Positions 53,201 through 64,000 of a stretch of DNA of 64,000 bases are shown in pieces. Each line of letters starts with the position of its first letter. The stretch's first letter is position 1. The stretch is from Saccostrea echinata (taxonomy: Eukaryota), in assembly GCF_033153115.1 (NCBI RefSeq), contig NW_026889753.1, positions 2,170,001 through 2,234,000 on the forward strand, in the 5' to 3' direction. The notes beneath the pieces were generated by a model, which worked only from the letters and a program-made list of their open reading frames with translations, was not told the DNA's origin and did not search any database. A program made the translations under genes and the position numbers.

Positions 53201-56200
53201 CCCCTGTAAGATTTTGTAGAATGATAAGGGAATTGGATCTATATTTTTTATATCCACTGTATAGATGTGTGATAATTACGTCAATGGGAAAATGCTATTA
53301 GTTGAAATCTGTGTGGAAATTACTGTACCCTGCATATAAATTGAACATGCTTAATTTTTAAAATTTGAATGATTCAGGTTCGTGCTCCATACAAGGTACA
53401 ACACCCCTCCAAGATGAGTCGTATTGACACTGTATTTGCTTGTCCACAAGATGAAGGAATCGTTCCACCAATGAGCTCAGTCCGCATTCCAGTGAGAATT
53501 CATTTTGATTTACTCGTAACAGTACAGTTCCCAACATATAAAACGTTTTGCTATTTAAATTCAAAACTTTAACTTTTTTGTTTGTTATAGGTAACATATA
53601 GTCCAAACACAGTAGACACCACATCCATGGACTACTTCAATGTTGTTACTATTGGAAATATCAGCAAAGCTGTCATTAAATGTGTTGGATCTTCTAAAGG
53701 TATAAAAATGATACGGTATATTTGCATAAAAGTCAAAGATCAACTTATAACTAATCAGGGCATAGTTTATCTTCTGTAAATTACATTTTATTTGTGAGAA
53801 CTTTATTTACTTGTATCAGTAATTTTGAGATTGTCTTGATGTGTAAATAAAATTTGGATCTGCAACTATAACACAAATGATTTTAGTGATCAAAATACAA
53901 ATGCTTTGTGGAATTTATACCCAAGGAATAAATGCAGTGAAATTGTACGCAGAAATGATATCCCAAGAAATGTAAGTGATAAACATTAATTTAGTGAAGA
54001 CCACATGCAACAAAAATTTTTCTTTATAGGTCCTACAGTTCATCTTGGAGCAAAGAATGTCAATTTCATGCAGATAGATCTGGGTGCCATGGCTACTAGG
54101 ACAGTAGATATCATCAATAATTCAGATATAGAGGCCACATTTCAGGTAAGGTTAACTGACATAGTTCTTTCTGGGGTTTTACACACAGCATATGAGTATG
54201 AAATGATGCACATTTTTTCTTCTGAGGGATAAAAGATTGATTCACTTTTACTTTTTGTCAGACTCTGTACGATTCCATTGATTTAATTTGGCTTAGGATA
54301 CAAGTCTATGTACTGAATCTGAGAAGAAAAAAATTGTCTCAAAAATGTTGTAGGCTAAAAATTACCCGGTAGTTGCTATAAATTTGCATTTCCTAAATGT
54401 AATAGAAATTGTACTGATTTTGCCTCTGTTTGCCTTGTAATAAACAAATAGATTGCAAAAAAAAAAAATCATTTGCAGGTTTCAAAAATTAGTAAGTGGA
54501 AGCTAGAATAATCAAATTGTTTTGTTTGAATCTATGAATTAGATTTTAGGAACACAGGCCTACTCAAAATATCAAATATGTGCATATTTGAATATATTTC
54601 ACCATGTATGTTTCCTTGTAGTTTATGCTGGACTGTAATGAAAGTGTGTTTAAGCTTGAGAAGACATCAGGAGTGATACGACCCAACACAACAATAACAA
54701 TTGTGATGAAGTTTGTCCCTCAGCATCCCATCAACTACTACAGGAGGGTCACATGCATGATTCACAACCAGGTCAGAACTTATGCTATGAATAGCTTATT
54801 TTGCTGAAACCAGTTATTTTAGCTCACCTTGACAAAGCGGAGATGAACCTATGCATTGTAAGTGTTCTGAGTAAAAGTTTTTGAGGCAGGTCCATATCCA
54901 AAACAACGATAACATTACAATGCTGAATCTTTATGACCTATGTTATGTACATGTAGATGAGTGAGCAGGTTAAAGTTCTTGCAGGAGGTTCATTCATAAG
55001 TAACTAAAAGCCATACATGGCCAAACCTGCATGGAAAATATATCTAAGGATTTTACACTACCAGATTTGATTTGGCTGTAGCAAATGACTGACGTATATT
55101 TTTTCTTGACAAGTGGCACTTTGATGTTTTTGGAGCTGTTCCATTTCCAAACAGCTACATGTACATTGTATATGAAATACCTTGATTAAACTTGCAAGGA
55201 TGATGCATATAGAAGTACATAATGTACTAGATAAGATTATAATTTTTGCCCAATATTTACAGATCGAGAGAAAGGTTACAAGACAGCATTTTGCTGTTTT
55301 AACGTTTTCTTGGGAAAATTATATGTCTCAATGAATGTTTTTTTCCTTTTGTATCTTTAGGGTCCTTTGTTTTTGGACCTTCTTGGAACATGTCATGCAG
55401 AGCTTGTCAAACCTGCAGTTTTGTTGTCCAGGCATTTAGATAACTACAAATGTCATGTAGAGAGAGGACTATCTCTCTATCCACCAGAGGTAAGCCATGT
55501 AGATAAAGAAAAATCTTTCTCTCTATCCACCAGAGGTAAGCCATGTAGATAAAGAAAACTTTGTTTCTCTTAAGCCATGTGGATATGTGTTATATAGATT
55601 GTAGATACAAAAAGGCATTACATTATAGATACATATGGATAGAGGCATTTAATTAAAGAAATGTAGCCTTTGACATCCTTAATGAAAGTGGTGTATTTCT
55701 TTGCAGCAACTAAATGAGAGCTTAAAAACAGGAAAACTTGAATTAGATGATGCTGGCTGTCTTATGATTCCCGAGGCAAGTTTTTATTAGCAAACATTTT
55801 TTTTTTTACTTTAATAAAATAGAAAAGTCTCTGTAATTGGTAAACAATAGAAGCAACAAATTGACAACTCTTGGTTTTATTTAAACTTTGTGATTAATCA
55901 TACTTTTATTTACAGCTGCTGAAAAGCAAATTTGTATGTCAGATTCATGCGTATATAAAAGGTTCATGCGTATATAAAAAAAAATTCAGTTATATTGACA
56001 GTAGTAAAACATTTCTTAAACAGATTTTTGTATTGTGCCATGTAGGCCTAGAGTAAATAAATTTAATGCTTACTGTAACAGGTGAATTTCATCCAAATTG
56101 TCTTACCAGATGATGATGCTGGCAGCATGGTGATATGTGAAATGATTTGTTTTATTTCAGTTTTATTTGAAGTTTTATGCACATTTGGTTCTTTGTTTAC

Positions 56201-59200
56201 TATATAAACATTGCCAGTTATTCTTCATTATATGAACAGTATGAAAGTTCTTTTCTAGAAGAGAATGGAACAATATAATAATTTTATTTTCTTTTTTTTG
56301 CATACCTTTAAAAGCTTTTATTGTAAGAAATAGGTAGAATGAAATCTGATTGTAACAAATAATAAACACCTTTGACTGCAAATGAGGAACTGCAACTTTA
56401 AAAAATGTCTTCTAATTTCAAAATTTAATTAATAAACCTGAGACAATATATTTATATTGTCATTTGATTTACTCACAGAAATCTGAGACAGGAACAGAAT
56501 CCACACTTTCTGTTGTTCCTCCAATGGATGACTACTTCAACGATGGCTTCCACTGTGATATCAATGTAAGTCAGCATCTCAGTTTCACACTGTAGAAATT
56601 TCTTAACAAAACTTTTGTTCATCCATAATCAAATATCTGAGTTGGAAGTGCATTGCAAATTAATTGATGTTTGATGTATGAGAACCTATGTTTGATTTGT
56701 TTTCATAGAGTTCTGTTCCACATGTCAGCATAGATACAAACAATGCAGATTTTGGACAGTGTTCCAATATGAGAGTCATAGAAGACAAGGTTTGTTTCTC
56801 ATTTGATGTCTTTTTATGTTTAAATACATTTTTAAAAATATGTTCCATAGCCCTTGTAACACCATAAATTTATTATCGAGAGGGTTGTTTCTTAATTTAG
56901 ACCATGAAGAAATTTCATTATCTTATTAAAATTGATTGTAAATTAAAAAGAAATCAATGTATATGTGGAAATTCATGTAAAGTATGAAGTGTGTTAAATC
57001 ATGGTATACATAAATAGTGGTACTATATGTACACATATTACAGTAAAATATAATGTCAATTTTGACTGAATTATCTTCCTCTTTTTGCAGATAATCAATG
57101 TGACAAATCACACCTATGGCAAGGTGACCATTCAGTGGAACTGTGGGAATGATAAGACATTTTCTATCATGCCAGCAACTATGGACATCCCTCCATTAAA
57201 GTCGTGTGCTTTCCAAGTCACCTTCAAACCTGTAAGAAAAAAAAGTCTCATACTTATGGAGACAAGTTTTACAGATATATGTTTTCTCATGTTGATATCG
57301 AATTTGACTATAAATATAGAGTGTCAAAGAGATAATATTAAACATTTACAAAGGAAGTCTTGTTACTTTCAGACTGTCCCTAACCAGTTTTATGGAGCAG
57401 AACTGGAATGTTTTGCTTACTACAAGAGTTTAAGAGATTATCGTCTGGTGGAAGACAACACTCACTGCCCTCCTTGGTGCCTCACTCTCACCTGTACAGG
57501 TAATTAGTTGACAGTAAAATTAGGGGGGATATGGGGGAGGGATAATTCTTGTAATATTATATTACATGTTTCACAAAAAGTTTCATGCATCCTCAGTGCC
57601 TGGATTTAAATACATTTTAATTGATAAATTTATGTTTTATACAGTCATTTAGAGTAGAGATGGCCTTGTTAGCATTTGAAATTGATTTTGTTAATGTACG
57701 TGTAATATTTTTTATTTTTCACTTTACATGCATTTCATTGTTGTAAATAAACAGGTCAGACATTCCAGCCCAACAATGAAACATTCCTGCCACGTTTGTC
57801 CTTCGACACGTTACGTCTTGTTTTCCCTGCGGTAAACGCCAAAGAGTCCACCTACAGAACTCTGTTGTTGACCAACAATGGCACCACACCCATACTGTTT
57901 GATATTCAGAAGGACCCGTCAAAGTAAGACTGAGTACCATTTTGATTGTCAGTATTCCTGATCAAAATAATAGATATCTTGTATACAAAGAATCTGATTT
58001 AATATGTCTCTTTCAGTACGTACACTGTAAAACCAAGCAAAGCTTTGCTGAAAGGACAGCAGCAGATCTTTGTGGTGAAGATAACCCCCAGTGAAGTGAA
58101 GCACTATAAACATGACCTGACCTTCAGACTCAATGATGAGGAAAAGTACAACAAGGTATGACACTTGACTACTTACTTTAGTCTGAGTTCAGTTTTACAC
58201 AATTCTACTAATCTTAGAAGCTACATTCACCTTTTATTATCAGAATATTTAAACACAGTACATGTACACATGAACCTGTTTTTTTGTCAAAGTAATGGAC
58301 CATGGTATTCATTTTCATTTGAATCGTGTTTCAGTGTGTTGAGTTATGGGGATCAGCAGAATCACCTGAAGTTGTACTGGATACAGAAGGAGTCATGTAT
58401 TTCAAACAGACCTGTATTGGAACCTCCTCTACTAAAGACTACACCATCAAAAATGTATCTAGAATACCACTCAGGTAATAGGAAATAATACAGTTTATCA
58501 CAATAAATCAACGTGCAAAACATATCTTTACAAAGAGATTCATTTTCATACCAATAATTCTCATATACTGAAAAAATGATATGTTACTATTTTGGTATAA
58601 TAAATTGAAATACTTTTATATGTATGTTTAGATTTGAATGGAAAATGGTGCACAAGGACAAGCAGCTGTTGTCAGTCACTCCATCTTCAGGCATTATTCA
58701 GCCCAATGAATCACAGGTAATACATCCGCTATCCAAAATTAACATTCAGATTTTTTTGGATTCTTTCATTTTTTACAAAAACAGATTTTCAAGGATTTTT
58801 GTATGGTAATTTCCCCTTTTTACCTGTACAGGCCCACACTTGGTCCTTTGTACCTGCAGCGGAGGAGAAGTATGTTATGAAGCCCTCGCTGATAGTTTGG
58901 GGTCAGGGATTCCACAGTTCCTCATCAGGAGGCAAGAAAAAGCAGTTCACGGTCCGCGCCATAGGAGAGGGGTCCATTGGAGACATCAAGGTATGTAACT
59001 CTCTTCTAATGGAAATAGGATTGGATGAGTTAAAGTTTATAATCATACTCTACTGGACTAAAATTTTACTTTGAAAATGTAGGACTTTGTTGAACTTAAA
59101 GAATTTGTTTCTACTTCAGGAATTGCCTGTGTGCATGAATATTTTTTGTATAGATTTTCTTTGAGAACACTAGTACTTGAAGTTGTATTAATTTAAATAA

Positions 59201-62200
59201 TTTTGTGTCATGAAATTTTTAAATTTAGATCTTATGAATGTTTAATTTAAGGCTGATAATACATACCTTGACTTTGGTGATGTGGTTGTGGGTAGCTCCG
59301 CCTCTAAGATGATCAGCATTGTCAATAACAGTACCTGTAGTCTGCATTACTGCCTGATCGTCGACCAAACAATGGATGGGCCATACCCAGAGGAAATCAC
59401 AAAGGATGACAAACTTGGTAAACCATAACATTTATTGTCTTTAGTAATAAAAGAACACAAATGTGTCCTCATTTGAGGGCACAATTTTTTATTTATTTAT
59501 TTATTTTTTTAAATAATTTTTAAAAGTACATCATAATTGCTATAAACTTAATGTTACTTACTTAAAGAGTAGAATGAATTTTGCAATTTGTATGTGTTGT
59601 AAAGATTGAATTTTGTTTTTAGTGGAATGGAATGTTTTTTGAGTTCTGTTAAATTTTGTAGCCTTGATTCTGGACAGAACAGAGGGAGTTCTACCTGCCA
59701 GGTCTCGACATAAGATCATGGCTACAGTCAAACCAATCAGGAGAGTCAACTATCAGTTTGCCATCTCCTATAAACTTGTCACCCCACAGGGTAAAAAAGC
59801 TATCATTTTACTTGACTTGGAGGACTAAATGTTAATAAAAAAGCAGTTTTAAAAAAATCAGTCACGAAAAATTTTCAAATATGAATTTGAAATTTTTAAA
59901 TTTCCAGCTACCCGGTAAACCATTGCATGGTTAAGTACCAGATATATTTTGGTCACATTTTGATGCATGTACACATTCCAAAATTCATAAAAATCTAAAT
60001 GTTTGGGTTTTTTTGATACAGGTCAAATGGTAGATTCCAAGTTGCAGGAACCCCAGCATTTGTGTCACATATTGACTACAGGCGTGTTCCCAGTCATGGC
60101 TGTCACGGATGCTCGATGTTACGGCAGTGCGGTGGGCATCAGTAAAAAACAACTCTGGTCGCTCTTCTCACTGGACAAGTATGTACACCACGGAGAAAAA
60201 TTAAGCAGGCATTGATTGCTTGTATTATTGAGCAGTATGACAGCTGCTCTACAGTCAGATTGAAGCAAAATTTTTCACATACATAATTTTTATTATCACT
60301 TTCAGTTTGAACTTGTGCCTGGATTCAGACCCTTCTGCAGAGGAACTTAGGTACAGTGTTGCCACAAGACACAGGTAAAGTGGAGAAATATTTTATTTTT
60401 GCAAGAATGATCAATGCACATAAATTAGAAAAAACTTAACATCTTTGAAAAATTCACAATTCTTGCATAATTTATAAACATTTATTGTCTTTCGCACAGC
60501 CATGCTCGAAGACCTCCTGTGTACACCAGAGCCATTATGGACTTCAACTTCAGTGCTGCTCCACTGGATAGTGAGCCATGTGTTGTAAACTTGATGTTTG
60601 AAAACACTGGAACAGTGGCCACTGAATGGTAGTCAGATTTTTTCTTAAGAAAATAATCAAGAATTATAAGACATTCAGACAACAGTTTAATAAATGTACA
60701 TCATATTTCTGCGTAAATTTAAATATTCGTTTTATTTTATTTTATTTTATTTTTTTTTGAAGGTCCTTCCTGTTTCCATGTGACCTTCAACTTGAGCTGG
60801 AATACTGGGCTGAAACAGGGGAGTTTGATGAGGATGAACTACATGAGGTTTGCTCGACTCCATATCTAATGGAGATCTTTGTTTAAAATTTTCTGCACTG
60901 TCCTCTTGTGTCCTGAAAATTAATTGTAATTTTGTGGTATAGATGAAGGTAATGGACAACAAGTTGTTTGCCATTGAGCCTCAGCAAGGTAAACTGGAAC
61001 CTGGCGAATGTAAGACAGTGACTTTCACCTACCGACACACCATGGCAGGGACAGACAGACTTCCTGTTCTTCTCAAACTGGCCAGGGGCAGAGAAATCCT
61101 GGTAAGAGGAACTTGTTTGACCAATAAAGAAAGAAAGAAAACATTGAATTTTAGAGCAAAAAAGCAAAGGTACAAACCCATTAACAATTAAATTACATTT
61201 TGAATATTCATAGAGAGATTATAAGATCAACCATTATATTTCCAGCTGAATTTCATTGGAGTTACTGTGGAACCTGAAAGGAAGTATATCCACTTTCCAT
61301 CCAACAAACACATGTTCACACCTGTCGCAGTTGGTGAAAAAGTCAGTCCCAAACAAGTGTATGAGTTATATAATGGTGGAGCTACACCTGTTAGGTTCAA
61401 CTTTGACCTTGCACCTTTAGAACTCCTACGTCAGGTAGAAATCCAATTCAATATTGTGTTAAATTACAAAAATGATAAATTGCTTAACATTTACTTCATA
61501 ATAAAGAATGTCTTGTTGGAATTAATAGTTATTTTGTAGCAAAGATTAACTAGAATTATGTATTTTTTTCCAGGAGAACTTTGACCAGCCAATCTTTGAG
61601 TGTCTAACACCCATTGGAGAAATTCCACCAGGAAGATCTTACTCTGTTGAATGGAGATTCTCTCCGATTGAGGCCAAGACATACATGGTATATTTCTTAA
61701 AGAGGCTGGGGGGTCAACAAATTAACCATCAGATATAACTTCTTTTTTTAGACATGATATCTTAAGCTGTCAACTATCATTTGGCAAACAAAAATTTCAT
61801 ACATTTTAGTTTTAAAATTTGATCATTTTTGTATATCTTTATATATGGAGCTCTTCTTCTAAAGGAGATCAATATAGTCTGAAAATGGCCACAACCACCC
61901 AGCCCTCTTAATATAGAGATTTAAAGTTCATTTGTATGATTTAAACAAAAAATTAAACCTTTTTTTTTGTGCTAAATTTGACTCTTTGTAGATTGATGTT
62001 CCAATCCATGTTCACAATGGAGACACGGCCATTGTGACATTTACTGGTGTAGGCTTTGACAGACGAGTAATGGGGGATACCATGCCAGTCACAGACCAGC
62101 AGGATATGACAGGAGTCCCTGGGGTCCAGAGTGTTTCTGTACCAGGACAGGTAAGGGAGAATTTTGTTTATTTAGATGTATTAATATACATGTAGTCACT

Positions 62201-63824
62201 TTTTCAACACAGAGTAAATCCACTACGTTTATATCAAGTATAGTGGAAAAACATGAAAAACAGTACAATTGTACACCTTAAACACATGATAGATTAAGAA
62301 ATTTTGAAATTTAAAGAACAAAAAACAAATTTATTATTACTTTAGAAATGTAGAGGAACAGGCAAAGGATTATAAATACAAAGGTCTTACTCAACTTATG
62401 CTATACTGTATGTATTGGCAAGTTACATATAATACTAGTAGGAATCTCATTTTGCGATGTCTATTTTCAGCTAATGTACCTATCACAAGAGAGACTGTCC
62501 TTTGGAAATCTGCCCCTATTCAGTCGAGCCAGAAGAATGGTGTTTGTTACAAACAAGGCTAAGGATCGAGATGTTTCATTTGAGTGGCATGTCACTTCAC
62601 AAGCTGATGCCCAGGTAAATTTTTCATCTACAATACCGTGTCCTGATTTGTGTGTGCTAGAATATTTTTTTATGTTGTCACTGTTTTTATATTTATTTTT
62701 ATGCACATTATAAACTTTGATTTCAGTCAGTTAGAGATGTAAGTGTTTTCACTGTTAATGTAGCATGTAAGGCTGTAGAGATATTTCATTTTAAGGTTGC
62801 TTTAGTACAACATAGCTGAACACGAAAGATACTAAAAGGATCTAGTTGAAGATTTAGATAGCTGTTGAAAAATCTTTTGTAATTGATCTCAAGATGTTTT
62901 ATACCCATTATTTGTCTTTTATTTTTCCAATAAAGATTAATAAGGTAAATTTTATTGATTGTTTGGTTGTTAAGATTTATACATTCCATGTTCTATAGAA
63001 GTGGAATTTTGAGCGAGACACAAATTTGCCATTTATCTTTTGAAATCAGTGTACATTTTTAGTGAGAAATTTTAACATTTTTTTTATTGTCAAGACATAC
63101 TGTATACAGGGAAATTTTTGCCCCCGTTTTATTTTCGCCCCTTTCGCCCTCGTTGCTTGTGGGCGAATTTAAAACGGGGCGATAAAAAAAGCATAATCTC
63201 TTAAGCAAAACTTTTTCTGGGTGAATGTAAAGTGGGGCAAAATTATTTGCAAGTGTGAAAGGTCGAATATAACACAGGGCGAAAATAACCCTGTATACAG
63301 TATACATATAGCTTCTACCTCAGAAACGGAATGAATTACTAGGGATATTCAATTTTTATGATGTCATTACTCTCTAGCTAATATTGCCTAAATTGAAACC
63401 TCGCTGAAAATTCTGCTTATGCTGTATTATTGGAATAATTTTGCAGGTTTCTGTGAAAAAAAGTTCTTATTTTCTATTTGTTCTGTTTTTACTCTACATT
63501 TCTTTTAGAAAGTATATTGGACTTTATTTTAGTGACAGTATTTTAACTGTAGACTCTTTATCCTGGTATACAAGTAAAAGAAATACAATGTATCATAGAA
63601 AAACAGTGATTTTGCTTAACAGCCAAGATTCTTAATGACTTGGTCAGTAATTTATTTCCTAATTAAATCTTCCCTCTTATACTGATGACATCTCTGATTT
63701 TCTGCAGTACCTATCAATCTCCCCAGTAAGAGGCAGACTGTCCCCAGGGGAGAGCCGCATGTGCCGTGTTGTTTTCATCGCCTGTGGAGTCCCATCCTTC
63801 TATGATTTGGATCTGGTTTGTGAA
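50238..63824 (+). CDS. CFAP65: Cilia- and flagella-associated protein 65 (CCDC108; tandem ASH/MSP-like Ig-fold domains); 5' portion, 34 coding exons, 1432 aa in window, continues beyond 64000
   Basis: Exons: 50238-50253, 50733-50964, 51068-51206, 51388-51518, 51641-51755, 51972-52056, 53060-53205, 53378-53491, 53591-53699, 54030-54145, 54622-54771, 55361-55489, 55707-55775, 56479-56565, 56709-56789, 57091-57231, 57373-57499, 57755-57923, 58017-58155, 58335-58474, 58632-58716, 58832-58990, 59252-59417, 59662-59790, 60022-60178, 60306-60374, 60500-60628, 60763-60847, 60943-61101, 61246-61434, 61574-61687, 61992-62150, 62471-62614, 63708-63824. Total 4296 nt, open and phase-consistent, with one GC-AG intron. 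Motifs GIEV..WQGWEPGREYTKNIVLKN, FFTTLYPKPLVLSAGTSFSLPVTFRPLE, FVPQHPINYYRRVTCMIHNQGPLFLDLLGTCH, FYGAELECFAYYKSLRDY and DFNFSAAP match CFAP65 as I recall it. The start could instead be the in-frame ATG at 50735. Confidence 0.92.
52114..52982. mobile_element. hAT-like MITE (TAGTG..CACTA, ATCGAT/AATCGG repeats) in CFAP65 intron 6
   Basis: Termini TAGTGATG / CAACACTA with repeated ATCGAT and GGAATCGGT motifs. It is interrupted by 52553-52965. No clear TSD. Confidence 0.5.
52553..52965. mobile_element. PIF/Harbinger-type MITE, TTA TSD
   Basis: TTA-GGCCAAATAAAAAAATATGGGTAGTTCCGGTTAC...GTAACCGGAACCACACATATTTTTTTGTTTGGCC-TTA. Confidence 0.85.
54815..55270 (-). mobile_element. Decayed copy of the HINE family seen at 3005-4269
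   Basis: TTTTAGCTCACC terminus and degenerate units (GGTTAAAGTT..AAGTAACTA..CCAAACCTGCATGG, AAACTTGCAAGGATGATGCAT). Confidence 0.6.
63098..63302. mobile_element. Short TACTGTA-ended MITE
   Basis: TACTGTATACAGGGAAATTTTTGCCC versus GGGCGAAAATAACCCTGTATACAGTA, with internal TTCGCCC/GGGCGAA repeats. Confidence 0.8.
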
Positions 63825-64000
63825 GTAAGTCATTCACAAACAATTTAAAAGATACAATATTCAAATTAAAATATAAACAAATTAAGGGGAGAATAAAATT
63901 TTAATATTCGAATTTTGAGCCATATGCAAGAGATAGGAAGTCTTTAGTATGTAATGAACCTTTGTTTGTTTTCCAACTCATGATGATTCTTTTGAGTTCC

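Noticed and set aside
57719-62706. Minus-strand ORFs overlapping CFAP65 exons
   Set aside because: These are antisense shadows of the coding exons with no independent gene structure.

Overview
AT-rich, intron-containing eukaryotic DNA. The repeat families suggest a bivalve, probably an oyster (inference). Two protein-coding genes lie head-to-head, about 14 kb apart. (1) A complete SPATS2/SPATS2L-family gene on the minus strand: 16 coding exons, 36282->13282, 659 aa by my manual splicing, with every splice phase consistent. (2) The 5' part of CFAP65/CCDC108 on the plus strand: 34 coding exons, 50238->63824, 1432 aa, running off the window. The rest is dense non-autonomous DNA transposons: Helentron/HINE-like elements with central satellite arrays, TA-flanked Tc1/mariner-pogo MITEs, Harbinger-like MITEs, CAGGG-ended elements with 5-bp TSDs, and one TAG-ended element with a 9-bp TSD. 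There are also SINE and Penelope-like fragments, and several elements are nested. I found no prokaryote-type system, CRISPR array or intact transposase, and I cannot claim a wholly new system. Best leads: a candidate alternative terminal exon in SPATS2 intron 6; a strand-asymmetric 149-nt hairpin with tandem G.A mismatches and a GCGAAGC cap; an AUGA stop/start uORF on CFAP65; and a cluster of splice oddities in CFAP65 introns 12-16. All coordinates were read by hand and no searches were run.
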